A DNA stretch of 64,000 nucleotides from Epiperipatus broadwayi (taxonomy: Eukaryota; Animalia; Onychophora). A model generated the notes under the pieces. The model was not told where the DNA came from and ran no database searches. It saw only the letters and a list, made by a program, of their open reading frames with translations. The position numbers and the translations under genes were made by a program. Numbering within the stretch: the stretch's first letter is position 1; each line of letters starts with the position of its first letter. Shown piece by piece: positions 27,770 to 41,008 of the stretch. Location of the stretch: assembly GCA_028023455.1 (NCBI GenBank), contig JAQFVV010000004.1, positions 19,034,001 through 19,098,000 on the forward strand, given 5' to 3'.

Positions 27770-29030
27770 GATATATAAAATTATTATTTAATACATCAAT
27801 CCTGCTTTCATTCCTTAATGAAATCTTTTTAAGATGTTTCTTTTTACACAATCACATGACCAATTATCCCACAAAAACTCCCCCCCCCCCAATGGACATT
27901 ATTTACATTACAATAAATATAATTATTAAAATATATACATTAAATATAATTAGTAATATATATATATAGGCTAATCAGAGGGGGGCAAGAGAGGCAGCTG
28001 CTCCAGGCATCACAATATTAGGGGCCTCAACTTGACAATTCAATATGTTAAACAAAAATATAGGAGAAGGCAAAGTGATGTCACACCTTATAGAATGACA
28101 TTAAATTTACAGTTAAATTCTCCAAAAAAATATTTGCGAGAAACTTTTCCAAGCAGGCAGACTATGAGTCAAAAATGTAAGCCAGTTTACAGATGATGTG
28201 CCAATATGATGACTCTGCAACAAAAATGACTGCAGTGCTGACTGACAGAACTAATAGACTCGGCCTCTTGTTAGTTACTTCTGTGCTAACAGTGTTTTAG
28301 ATACTAACAATGCTAAAATGAATCTACCCTATCTAAGTGCTATCTGGATCTGATCTGCTTGTTCGTTTCTGTGACTCATAACTAACTGCTCTCGGAGTCC
28401 TATTTTCAGCCCTGTAAGTAAAAGCTGTCATTTCTTCTTTCTCTCCCCTCATATTCTTATTTTAAATTTTGAAGGTTCTATAAAATATGAGTTGCCCTGG
28501 ATCTTGCATTTTCTTTGAAAGGCCCTGTATACATAAAAATGATTAAACTTATTACAGTCCTTTTTCTTTTTTCCATAATATATATACAAATAATCTAAAA
28601 AAATAATAATATTCCCTTTCTTCTATTTTTAAAATTATACCACTAAAGTTTCCAATAATCTAACAATGCCCATTTTCCCTCTAATTGTGTTGGACCTTTA
28701 ACCATGTTTACACATTTGTTTAAATTTTCTTTTTTTTTTTTTTTTTTTAAGATTATTTGTAAATATATGTATATTATAGAAAAGAAAAAAGAAAAAAAGG
28801 ACTATAATAAATTTAACCATTTTTATGTACATATATGTATTTTACTAATTATATTTAATGTATGTGTTTTAATAATTATATTTATTGCAATGGAATGTAA
28901 ATAATGTCCATTGAGAGGAGTTGCTATAGGGTAATTGGGCATGTGATTGTGTAAAAAGAAACATCTTGAAAAGGTTCCATTAAGGAATGAAAGATGTATT
29001 GATGTATTAAATAATTTTAAATTATTTTTA
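27770..29030. repeat. Inverted repeat pair (about 27770-27935 and 28860-29030), each arm with a decayed hammerhead-like motif (family G)
   Basis: 27793-27837 (minus) and 28961-29005 (plus) give consensus ACAUC-[UUGAAAA, from CUGAAGA]-G-AUUCC-auuaa-GGAAU-GAAA...UU-GAUGU. Confidence 0.6.
27968..28527. mobile_element. Possible decayed hAT-like MITE
   Basis: GC-rich termini (agg...ggggcaagag...gctccaggc and gttgccctgg...ggccctg) resemble CAGGGCC/GGCCCTG ends. TIR match poor. Confidence 0.25.
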
Positions 29031-29949
29031 ATCTTCTAAGCATAAAAAATTATGACTTCCTCTATAGAAAAAATAATTTATATCACATCACATGATTAAA
29101 ATGTAAGGATATGGCTAAAGTACTATTAAAGAACACAAATCAAAATTGAAAACATAATTTTAAACATATTAATTATGGGTACATTTTTATAGCTATTTTA
29201 TGTGGTACCCATCAAACAGCATTAATCAGAAAGTTTTTCTTGATAGATTATTTTTCGTATTAAATAAGATTATGTAATTAAAATAACTGACATAGCATGG
29301 CCATGCAAATATAACTCAATATTTTTTTAGTTTCATTATATACATTTTACTTCTTTAAAATTATTCTATGCTGCTGAATGTGTGAAAATTAATTTCCTTC
29401 CTCAAGATTACAATTATATACATCGTTAAATTATTTATTTACATATATTCAAACTAATATAATTCAAGTCATAGATATTTAAAAATGAGAAATTTTCTCT
29501 TTCCTGTGGTATATAAGCTAAATTTGTACAATTGAAATAAAAAGCTCATGTGTGAAGATTAATTTTCTTCCACAAGATTGTAATTATATGCATTCCTAAA
29601 TTTTCTTCCACAAGATTATAATTATATGCATTCCTAAATTATTTATTTGCATATATAGATAGCTAATTGCTACAGTTTAATTGATAAGTATCAAACTTAT
29701 TACCCTCACAACATTGACACAAAACACTTGATGAAAGTATGTTAATAACTTTTCTTAGTCATTCATTAGACTAGATATTATCCACTTAATGAATAATATT
29801 TCTGCAGTTTAATTTTCACTACACCATTCTCATACAATGCAGGGACTGATTTCTATCCACTTTTAACACTTTATGGAGGGACATAATTTTCACTACACCA
29901 TTCTCATGATCTTGGATAACTGATAAATACTGTTTCAGCGCATCTTAGG

Positions 29950-30830
29950 GATCATAATCTTTTTCACATGTTTTTGGTCATATGTTCATGATAATCTCTA
30001 ATCTAACAAATGACTAATAAAAATTATTAATATACTTCAATTGAATATTACTTTAGTTTTCTAGCATTTATCTTTTCTATAGGTCTTGTTTTCATCTGAT
30101 AACTCTTATAACATTTTGTGCAGTTTTGAAGTACTATTTCAAAAAACAATCACATCATCTGTAATATCTAGATGATTCAAATGTGATTTTTATTTTAATT
30201 CATGAAATACTTTTTATAAAAGTGCTGTCAAAATTTTTGAAGAAATGAAAATGTGTCCTCAATTTTACGCTTCTTTTGTGTCATAAAGTAATCTGATTAT
30301 GGTTGTGACATTGCAATAGATATTTTTTCAAAATAATAAATAGCTTAAATATTTAATTATTGTGGAAATTCTTACAGAATCAAATCCTGTTATCTATAAA
30401 TCCAAAGCATAAAGGCAATTCCTATTCATTATTTTTTTCTAAATGGTTCTCAATGCTTGAATATGACACATCTATTGTGACGAGTTTGTTCTTTTGTTTG
30501 TTTAGAATTGAAAGTTCACTGTAGATGAGCTATAATTATCTTGGTAAAGATTTTGCACAGAATTGATAGGAGATTAATAGATTTATAATGTCTACTATCT
30601 TTTTATCATGTCACCATTATCACACTAATCCAATCATTTGGTACATTTTCATCATTTAGACATTTGATATATAATTTTTGTCATTAATGTTTCTATTTCT
30701 TCATCTCCTTCTTTTAAGATATCAGTAATAATTTCATCACTTCTGGGAGATTTTTCCATCATAGATTTAATAACATATCACACCCCTTAATTTAAAATGC
30801 TTAGTAATTCAGACAGTGTAATAACTGTAG
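29950..30830 (-). pseudogene. RTE-clade non-LTR RT remnant
   Basis: Minus translation gives EKSPRSDEIITDILKEGDEEI, then the expected ordered RT blocks, and HLDITDDVI (about 30148-30174, equivalent to HLRFADDI). Confidence 0.75.
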
Positions 30831-31544
30831 AGGTTACTAGTAATTAAAGTTACTAATTTTTGTAACATTTATGCAAAGAATATATAATCAATGAAAGTGT
30901 ATTTTAAATAATCAATAAATAAAACTTATTCACATTTTATTCATTTTTTCAGTTAGAAAAAATAAAAGTCTAAAAAATAACTAGAAGAAAAGAGCTGTAA
31001 GAGATCATCTAAAAACAAGAAAGAATGGCTATCATATCAACAGATGTTTTACTTCATTTATTGTTTAATGTTTGTTTTTTTCTTTAAATTTTAAAATGTG
31101 TGCATAAAAATTATATATAACCTTAAATAAACAATTTTATTTGAATAAATCTTTAAAGTAAAATAATAAAATGTGGTCATCATAAAAATTTTAAATGCTC
31201 TTTTATAATTCCGTTTGGATGATAAAAGATCCTATGTTATCCATTCCAGATTATTAAGGTTCAATCTTTAGTTTAGCTGTTGAATAAATTCTGAATTTAG
31301 ATCATCAGAATCCTTAAATGATATTCTTTCTCCATTTCCTGAATACTAAAATGTATAAGTATTTAAGTATTTGGTAAATTTTTATCTAGTTTAACATATT
31401 ACCCAGTATGCAATATCATAACAGATATGGATGGTTTTATTTCATGACAATTTTTTTTCATTTCTTTGTTTTTCAAATTTGTCTACCATCATGCTTAAAA
31501 TTTAAAGAAATGCTAATGGTTTTATGGTGTAAAAGTTCATAAGA

Positions 31545-31628
31545 AGTTTAAGCACCAGAACTGTGAGCATTAGAACCAATTCTGGGACCTCCCAATCCAA
31601 AGGCAGATATTCTACCAAATGAACCAAA
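31545..31628 (-). mobile_element. Decayed tRNA-derived SINE head
   Basis: Minus strand GGTTCATTTGGTAGAATATCTGCCTTTGGATTGGGAGGTCC has an A-box-like and tRNA-like layout. The aagttcataagaagtt block also occurs near 51980. Confidence 0.35.
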
Positions 31629-32003
31629 CTATACAGGCATGCTTAAAATCAAAGCATTTATATGCTAATTATGAAGATATTGATATTCCTGAGCATACAA
31701 ATTTTATGTACTTATTATAAATGTAAAGGCCAATATATGGTACAGGATGTAAAATTTAGATTTAAATTAGTTTTGAATGGGTAGGTTATAGCTGAAATAA
31801 AGATCAGCCAAAACAACTATAAACTGGAACTAGTATGAATTTAGATAATGAAAAAACACATTTGCTAACAACTGAAATAAATTATTTACTTTCTTTTTGA
31901 GACTTTAAAGAAATTGAGTAGGGCAAATATTTAATGTTCATTCCATACATTTTTGTAATTGCAATTATTATTGCTATGAGACATTCAGAGTAAATGAACA
32001 TGT

Positions 32004-32290
32004 ATGGGCTTCTCACCAAGATATATCAATCAGCATGGAAAGGTTACTGGACTTATTTCTGAGTTTAAAGACAAGCAAATATCACTGTCTCCTTTGTTAA
32101 ATTCAGAAAAACCTTTACAGTGCATTAAATTTATAGTGTATGAATGTGTTGGTAATGTTAGATTTATATTCATCAACATTTATGTTTTCCCAAATAGGTA
32201 ATACCACCTTCTGGGGTGTGTGTGCACTGGAATGATCTAGAGAGACAATAATACCCTCAGATGCTGTTAGGAAAGGGGTCTTGAATAAAA
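32004..32290 (+). pseudogene. Possible L1/Tx1-like APE endonuclease fragment
   Basis: ORF 32004-32201 ends FIFINIYVFPN, resembling xxNIYAPN. Confidence 0.3.
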
Positions 32291-32590
32291 GTAAGAAGTA
32301 ATGGAGGGATAAACAAACAAGATAAAAAATATTTGTAAAACCATTCATACATTATTTGTTTGATTATTTTCATCATCTAATATTAATGGTTAAATGCCTT
32401 TAGAAAAATTCAAACTTTATTTAAACTTTTCAGATACATTCAACTGTTAATAATAAACCATAAAGTTAGTATATAAACAATATTTTAAGTGATAGTATTC
32501 TTTTTTTTACTTCAGGTATTTCTAGCCTTATCAGTGACACTACTAAGATGTGAATCAAATCAGAACTCTATATATAGTAAATCAAATAAA

Positions 32591-33572
32591 GATAAATGCT
32601 GCAAGAGAAAGCATTTAAAAATCTCTATTTAGAAATTATCTCCAATCCTCAGACTGTTTTCTTGCTTTGGCAATCTCAGTGAGGCACTAGGGTACTTCAG
32701 AGACTAGTTGGAGTTGAATAAGATTATGTTGTGGAAATGGGATGGAGCAGGATAGGGAAGAATATGGGGAAAACTTAGGATAGGAATGGAAAGGAACGGT
32801 AAAGTGGCTAAAAGGTTTCTGTGGGCATAGTAGCTGAGAGATTCCTGACTCCAAAAAAGAAGTCATAGTACATCTAATCTCATCAGATCTAAAAATATCA
32901 ACTCAAAGCCAGAATTTATCTAAAAGTTAACTATTAAGTAGACAATCTGAGATTTTCAGACATCTAGATATCTTCAAACCCAGCTATCCAACCTAAATAG
33001 CTATATGAGTCTGAGAATTCTTCAGCTATACCATACATTAATAGTCTTAGCAATATTATATTACTCAAGACTTAAAAGCAAAACCATAAATAATAAATAA
33101 AATAGTCATACATCACATGACTTAATTTTATAACATTGTAAATAAAAAATAATGAGCAGTACCAATAGTTCAAACAAGCTTTATTGATAAATGCCACAAG
33201 AGAAAGCATTTAAAAATATCTATCTAGAAATTATCTCCATTCCTCATACCAGTTCCATGCTTTGGCAATCCTCAGTGAGGCACTAGGATATTTCAGACAC
33301 TAGATCTAAAAATACCAACTCAAAGCCAGCATTTATCTAAAAGTTAATTATTAAATAGACAATCTGAAATTTTCAGACACCTAGATGTCTTCAAACCCAG
33401 CTATTCAACTTAAATAGCTATATCAGGCTGAGAATTCTTCAGTCATACTATATATTAATAATTTTAGCAATATAATATCGCATAAGACTTAAAAGCAAAA
33501 CTATAAATGCTTTCTCTTGTGGCATTTATTAATAAAGCTTGTTTGAGCTATTGATACTGCTCCTTATTTTTT
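32591..33572 (-). mobile_element. Retrozyme-like tandem (family B): two hammerhead units, 595-bp period including a nested LINE fragment, ending in a short inverted copy
   Basis: HHR motifs at 32647-32684 (CCUCA-CUGAG[del]A-UUGC-caaa-GCAA-GAAA-aca-GUC-UGAGG) and 33242-33280 (CUGAGGA-UUGC-caaa-GCAU-GGAA). 33505-33572 is the reverse complement of about 33140-33215. Confidence 0.85.
32707..32884 (+). mobile_element. Nested LINE 3'-end fragment
   Basis: Matches 1785-1945 (gattatgttgtggaaatgggatggagcag...gctgagagattcctgactc). It interrupts ACTAG/ATC, which is uninterrupted in the second unit near 33300. Confidence 0.75.
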
Positions 33573-33744
33573 AGGACTCTTTATATTTATGAATGATAAA
33601 TTTAAAATAACGCTCTTGCCAACTAAATTAAATATGTTGAAGGCAACAATCAATAGAAAGTTTATATACTTATCTAATAAAGTCCTCTTAATTGTTCCAT
33701 ATTTTTTAAGGGCAATGCTAATGATTAGTTCCTAAACATTAAGA

Positions 33745-34322
33745 ATTATCACATTAAGTTGATTTATGGGGTTAGTTGCTATTGTCATGTGAGCAGTTTT
33801 CTTTTAAATACTTTTTTTTCTCTTTGTTCAATATTTTTGTCTTTCCAATACAAATATATATTCCTAGTACATACGGTCTGGTACTTTATATACATTTGTT
33901 ATATTTTTCTAATAATCACTTTGTGCTCTACAAATCACTTTTCAGTGAGACAATTGATTTCACCAAGAAACATCCTTCAATATTCACATGGAATTTCATA
34001 GTCTGTAGTTTTCATTTTTCACTCTATGAGAAATTCTAACCTCTATAAAACTTGAAATGCTCAAAACAAAAATTACATTTATAAAATTCCATGTAAATAT
34101 GAAGGAAGTATTTTGGTATAACTAGCCACATCATTGAAAAATGTTTAAAAGAGCACAAATTAATGATTAGAAGGAAAAAATAGATCTAAGTAAAGTAGCA
34201 GATCATGTATGTATTAAAATTTAAATAGAGATTGATTGGAAGAATATAAAGAAAAATTTAAAAAAAAAAAAATGTCCGCATGACAATGGCAAATTACCCC
34301 AAAAGTCATCTTAATGTGATAA
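33745..34322. mobile_element. Possible decayed TIR element
   Basis: ttatcacattaag...ggggttagttgctattgtcatgtg at about 33747-33790 is an imperfect reverse complement of about 34277-34322. Confidence 0.4.
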
Positions 34323-35249
34323 TTTATAATATTTGGAAAAATAATACTAAACCTGCTTTTATGGAAAAAAGTGGATAAATCAGAGTGCCATCATATATAT
34401 AAGTAAGTAACTGGATGTCTTTTGATGACCTTAAAAAAAATCCATTAAATCATGTTATAGCAAATATATAGGATGATGGCCTACTGGCCCAACCATAATT
34501 TATGATGATTATATTGAGGGGCATTATCAGTTTGAAGTCTATTGTTGATAATATTAACTCCATAACAGTAATATTTCCTGTTCATCATATGAATAGAATT
34601 TATGATGCCTGAGAAGGCTAGAATATTTATGAGTTTGGGCTGGTTATATTACTGAAGATCCACAATGCTGTCACTAGAAACTTAGGTTTGAACTTATATC
34701 TTTTACTAAACATCCCATTAGCAGTTAATCATAGTTTGGGGGTTCATAAAACTCATTTATGATGTTACACTACTTGATGAAAGAAAAAGTAAATAAAGCA
34801 AAATATATGTATAACAATATCAATTTTATTCAAAGTTAAAACGTAAGATAATTCAACATTCTCCCAAACAATGGTTGGTACAGCCCTTGGTAAGACATCA
34901 GCATTACTTAGTAATGATAAATTACATTACCTTTTTTATTAATTAGACAAATACACACACAACAAAATTGTTTTTATTATCCAAATATCCAATCAAGGTT
35001 TGATCTATATATTTGAATAATAGTACATAAAGATAATAATAATACATAGATCTAATTCCTCAGGAATTAAATAACATTAAAAAATATAATATGAATCTAA
35101 CAAACAGACATAATATTTAGAATAGATAAATTAGTATAAACAAAAATTGATACAGATTAATGATTATCCAACTATGAAAAAATATGAATTTATATAATAA
35201 TGAAAATGATAACTCTTACATTAGTTTTATTTATCTTTTGCTGGCAAAA

Positions 35250-36000
35250 GGTAGTTATATATAAAATCAACTGATACTTAATCGTAATCTTCAAGATTAT
35301 TTTACTTCCATTTTGTCAATGAAGTTATATGAATCTTAATCCACTCATTACTCCATACTTTCTTGATAGGATTGAAAATGAACAAGTTAAACCACATGAT
35401 TCTTTTAAAAAGTTGTAGAGTTCACACAGTTCAAATTAAAGCACCCTTGCTTTATTCCATATAAATAATTTGTGATGTTTTTCCATTGGTTGGTAAATGA
35501 TTGATTCAAGAGTTGCTATTTGGTGGTGTAGTTATCAGGCTTTTGTAGATCTTCATTCTTGGATGAGACATACATAAATAAACACATAAGATAGAGCAGG
35601 GATGAAGTGATCATGTTTTCTTCTTTATGCTAGAAAATTTTCTTCTTAAAGACTGGATAACATTGCTTCTTCCTTTATGAAGTCTTATACTGGCTGAGAT
35701 GAACCACAGAACTTTTTAGCAATCAATTCTAGTAAGATTTAAATCATATATGCATAAAGCTATTGCATATTTAAATAGTGATAATCTTCATAAAACTCCT
35801 CCAACATTTTGCATGTAGATGGCTTTTATGATAAATTTTTTTAGTCCATACTCTCTGCCAGCAACATGTATTCTGATATGAACTTACAACCATGGGTCTT
35901 TTTATATATTATCAGTGTTATTGAGCATTTTTTAAGCAATAACTGGTTCCATCTAAAGTTTATTCAAATCCTATCTCAATGTTGTGTTTATTGAAAAATA
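35250..36000 (-). pseudogene. Possible LINE RT remnant
   Basis: Minus strand gives NG...GIKQGC near 35440-35490. Otherwise heavily decayed. Confidence 0.3.
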
Positions 36001-38829
36001 AGTTAGTTAACTCCCCTACAAATGTTATCAAAAACCTGTTTTTTGAAACTCAGGGAAAGAAAACATATGATGATGATTCATAATTGGAAATAAAAGAGGA
36101 AAATATACAAAAATAAGAAAAAGATTACTTTTTTAGTAATATGAATTCATTTCAGAACATCACATTTATATAAATAAAACTTAGATAAGTGAGAATTCTA
36201 TCGTGGACTTAATAATTTTAACAACTCTATTTTATTTTGAATTCATTTTACTTCCTTTTTCCTTTCCAATGATTAATTTTATAGTTAGTTAACAAAATGT
36301 CTTTTTTTTACATTTATTTTATGTACATAAGTATTTGTTTGAGACAAAATGTTAACATACACACACAACTAATGGAACAAAACTTAACTTTTTATCTACT
36401 GAGCATTTACAATCAATAAAAATAGTGTTATTTATTATTGTTACATTTGATACTCGTATTTGGTGCTTGTAGTTGGCTATGCATTGCTATAGTATATAAA
36501 ATTTCTATTGATTGTTGCCTTTGACAGAATGCTTTGATTAAAGTGCCATTATCTAAAGGACCCGGTTTTATTCCTATGCTAGTACTGTATTAATCAGGCC
36601 AGCAACAGCTAAAGAAAAAGAATAGTACTACTCAGTATGCTTTACTCTAACATGTGTGCTATTATTACCAATTGAATATATTTAAAAAGTTTAAATAAAG
36701 TTTATTTGTATATAATTATTGGTGAAAATAATTACAACTAAAATACCATCATCATAAACATTTAGACAAATACCATTTGTACATGTCTCAACTATTGTGT
36801 ATCATAATGTTAAAGTTGCAGTGATTACTTTATTTTCCAGATAAATATATAAAATACAAATTGTAATTGATCAGAAGTTAAGTCCATCAATCAGTATTAA
36901 TAAGCAAGTGTTGGAAGGTGATCATATCATACATTGTTAGGAAACGTAGCATGCTTCACAAAGAATATGTACATGTAATGATGTGTTTACAATATACTGC
37001 GATGCATATGAATTGGATTGTCTATGTGGCTAGAAACTGGAAAATCTGGATTAAACTTAGAGATTATCTGGCAGTGGATTGATAATGATTGAAAGTAATG
37101 ATGATGATATACATTAAATAGATGAAGTAGAAAAATTCAAACAACAAATTGAATAGATGAAGTAGAAAAAGTCAACTAAATTGAATAAGAACTTGATGCA
37201 TATAATTAATGTTTTTATAGAAAAGTAACTTTTATTATTTTTTCACTTCCAACTATATATGAATTTGGCATTCTATATCAGCTGATTTATTTACTGGATC
37301 TATTGTGAATTACAAATAAGTAGTTGTAGATCTACAATTAAAAAAGTATGAAGGCCCAAATTGTAAAGCTGGCTGGCTGGAAATTTCATGATAATGATTA
37401 GCACAGCCTAAAAATCATGTAAATGATATTTTTTCATAATAATGCCAATTATTGATGTCTACCCTCTCCCCAAATAAAATTTAATTAAATTACCTGTATG
37501 TAAGCTTTATTCCCCCCTGAACAAATGTACAAAAATATAACTAGAGGTTTATACCATTTATTTGTTACATATATGCAAATTTGTTCAATTAAAGTTGACT
37601 GTGAACTCAATGCCTTTAGAAGTAGGAAACCTTCCCATCACCAATGAAGTCTGCATTATATTACAATAATATATATTATTTGACAGTCAATACATTAGAA
37701 CATTTTGACCAACACAGATTATTAATCTAGGACCTTTAACACCTCATCAATGATAACTAAATACCCACTTATAGCAATAACTGTTGTATGGCAACCAGTT
37801 TTGACTATGAGCTATCTACTAGAAAAAATTCTAAGCCTGTATGTGGTCAGGAAAAAATGTCAAGGTTAATTCTACACAAATTTGAAACTCTGGTCATGTG
37901 CATGACATATAGATATGCTATTACTAAAATAAAAATCTATAATCTTATTTACGTATTAGAAATTATATCAATTTTATGATTATTATGACTTTTAATTAAA
38001 TGTGTGATTAACTTTGTATGTGCTGTATCTCCTATTCATGGTAATATTAATAATTCAACAATAATAGTATATCTTGTTGATTTTATTGACTTTAGTTCTT
38101 TCTAAGTGTCATATTTCTATCCAACTTTATTATACTTAATCATTCCTGAATCAAACATGATATACTGTATATTTATTTTGCTCATAGCTCCAGCTTTCAT
38201 ACATTTTTCTGATTACAATTTAGGCTAAATTAAAACTCAGTAATAATGCTTATATTTAATTGCAATAATTAAAAATTACTCGCAGCTATGCTCAAGGCTA
38301 GTTTAGTTAATCTTCAAGCATAACGTTGTCTTTTTTCTTGGGTTTTATAATCATTTTTTCTACTCATATATATTTTATAAAACAACTAATTTTAGCACAA
38401 TTATTTGTTTTAGATTTTTTACTTTCTCATATCTGCTACTAAGTTTGTATAATTTTATTATAAAACTATATTATTTAACTATCAGCTGGTCTCGCATTTA
38501 GTGATTGAGAATTGTTTAATTCACTGCCCTCATTCCCTCCTCCTCCCTCCATTATTAAAAATTTAATTGATTGATTTGCTATTTCCATTTGCATACTTTT
38601 GACATTTCCGCAGTCTAATGCTTATATAGTAAATACATTGATTTGTTGTCTACAAGTAGGAGTGTGTGAATGTGCATGCAAACAAATATCACATTTTATT
38701 AAAATGGTTGCACACAAATGTATAGTATTTACATAAAAAAATAAATTTAACTGAACAGACAAGAATGGCTAAAAGTTTTTTTTTTTGGAAGACAGTCATT
38801 AAAAGAAAAGAATTTTCTGAATCAACAAT

Positions 38830-39400
38830 TTGGTATCTTTTATTTTTGAAATGCCTAGAGATATTAATGAAAGATTAATAATAGTATTAAAAATTGGTTT
38901 GTTTGTTTATCTATGTTACGATATTAGATTCAAAAAATGTTATTATGTCACAATCATTTGGGGAAAAAAATTTGGGGAAGATTTTAAATCAGATGTTAGT
39001 AGAAGCAGTAAAATTTGTTTAAAAGTTATTGGAAATAATAGAATTGACTCTGCAAATTCCAAAAAGATTGACTATCAAAAACTTGCTTTAAATATAAAAA
39101 TCACTGTAAATAAACTTGAATATACATTCAAACTTAAAAGCAATGTATCATATGAATTCCATTATAATTAGAAAGTAAGAATATGTGAGAAGTGAATATT
39201 AGAGATTTAGATTGTTGAATAGATTATTAGACTAATAAGCTATAAGATTAAAATGATACACGCATTTAAAGATAAGTTCTATATACTAAACATATTGATA
39301 AAAACTTAATTGTCATTCTTTAGCAGCAGCTATTAACTGCTCTAAATGTTAACAATTAACACACATCAAACTCTTTTAGAAAGTGTGTTGTGAATATTTG
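38830..39400 (+). pseudogene. PLE GIY-YIG endonuclease region remnant
   Basis: ORF 38830-39171 ends KSNVSYEF (GIY half), followed by EYVR (YIG half) in another frame. Lies immediately upstream of the family D hammerhead pair. Confidence 0.55.
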
Positions 39401-39431
39401 AATTTATTGGGTTATCTAATGAATGACTTTA

Positions 39432-39657
39432 TTAATATCATCTATGTTCTTTATTATTTTTTATAATGCTTTTTACAACTCACTGTTGACAGTTTCGATT
39501 ACCTCAGAAAACTTCTTCAGAACTTTTTACTTATATTCAAGATTTGGAAATATTAGTAGAAATTCTTAATAAGATTGCAGGGGCAATCGAAACTGTCAAT
39601 AGGGGGGGTTGTAAAAAAGCATTGTAAAAATAATAAAGAACATAAATGATATTAATA
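39432..39657. mobile_element. Inverted PLE pseudo-LTR pair with family D hammerheads (39485-39523 minus; 39562-39600 plus)
   Basis: Minus: GUU-CUGAAGA-AG...UAAUC-GAAAC-U-GUC-AAC. Plus: AUU-CUUAAUA-A-GAUUG-cagggg-CAAUC-GAAAC-U-GUC-AAU. Outer arms tattaatatcat...tttttacaac / gttgtaaaaaa...atgatattaata. Confidence 0.75.
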
Positions 39658-40259
39658 TTATATGAATTGGGCAATGCAATAATAAACATAAATGATTTTT
39701 ATTATTAGTGATTTTTTTTTTTAATGATTTTTTTTATTATTAAAAACAAACTTTATTAAACCAGAAAATAAATAAATAAATAAATACATAATATTAGTGA
39801 CTTGATTAAAAAGAAATTAACATTTTCTGTTTTGACAAAATAATAATAATTGAATGGTTTATTGCTTGGAAATTTATAAGAAATTGGAACATTAGAAGTC
39901 TTAGCATTTGGGCATAATCCATAGACCTTTACTGCATCCAAATCATTCAGAATCTTAGCAGAATAATAAATTAAATTTAAAGCTCAGTAAGCAATGTAGA
40001 AATTTAAAGGCAGAAATTCAACAAATGTCAGATGGTATAATGTCTGACTGATTAAAACTACAAAGAAAAACACACATTAGATTATAATAGTCACTTTACA
40101 ATTTTTTGATGCAATGAAGATCTGAAAAATAATGTAATCATATTAAATCCACGAATGACATTACTTTATATGATATTTTGAATAGATAGAAGAACATTTT
40201 GATTATCATTTAATTAGTGCTATAAGAATTCAGGCAATAGCACTATATTCATCTGGACT

Positions 40260-40740
40260 GCTTATTTAAATTTGAACAAATGAGGTTAATATGATTCTTT
40301 TTAATCTTAAAATTGGAAAGGTTGCAAATTCTAATGAGATATGGAGGAATTTTTTAAAATATGTAGTGATGTCGTTAATTTAAAAACCTTGAGAATTTTT
40401 AAATAATATAAAAATCCATGAAGTTATGCCCAAAGATTTTAAAAATGCTACTATTGTTTTAATTTTTAAAAATAAAGGTAATAGAAAAGATAATTATCAT
40501 AAAGTATCAGTATTATCTGCTATAGCAAAAGTACATTGTGGATTTCATTGAATAGATGGGTTTCTAGTTATAGATGAATGGCTATTAGAGGTTCAGTGTG
40601 GTTTTATAAAATCAAGAAGCAGTATACAGATATATAAACACAGATTTACTGCCAGATAAATATAAAAAAAGTATCATGAACAAATAAGCAATTTATATCT
40701 TATTTTCATTTATTTAGTCATTTATAAAGATTCATGGCAA
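40260..40740 (+). pseudogene. RTE-clade non-LTR RT remnant
   Basis: MPKDFKNATIVLIFKNKGNRKDNYHKVSVLS from 40426, VQCGF at 40591-40605, then FTAR..KKYHEQ..LYLIF. Confidence 0.8.
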
Positions 40741-40894
40741 GATTTGAAATTAAATTAGCTGGCTCTCTATTAAGCTTTATTACAACTGGTGAAAAATGTG
40801 ATGTTTTGAAATGCAAACTGCTGTTAAATAGAAATGTGTGTTAGCTTGAATATTCTTTTTATTTTTTAAATGCTTTTATATTAACTTACCCTGC

Positions 40895-41008
40895 CTGTGT
40901 TTTTATTTTATTTTTCTCATGTGCCATAGCATCAGCCGGGAAGCGAACCCGCTAACCCGGGACAACTGCTTGTAAAGCAGCTGCTGCTGACCTCTCAACC
41001 ACCAATGC
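40895..41008 (-). mobile_element. tRNA-derived SINE (Val(UAC)/Gly-like head, TATG(A/G)CAC trailer, A-rich tail)
   Basis: Minus strand GCATTGGTGGTTGAGAGGTCAGC...CTGCTTTACAAGCAG...CGGGTTCGCTTCCCGGCTGATGC, then tatggcac and an A-rich tail. Confidence 0.8.

Noticed and set aside
34652-34695. CTGAAGA...GAAAC spacing
   Set aside because: No stem II pairing and only a 3-bp stem I; consistent with chance.
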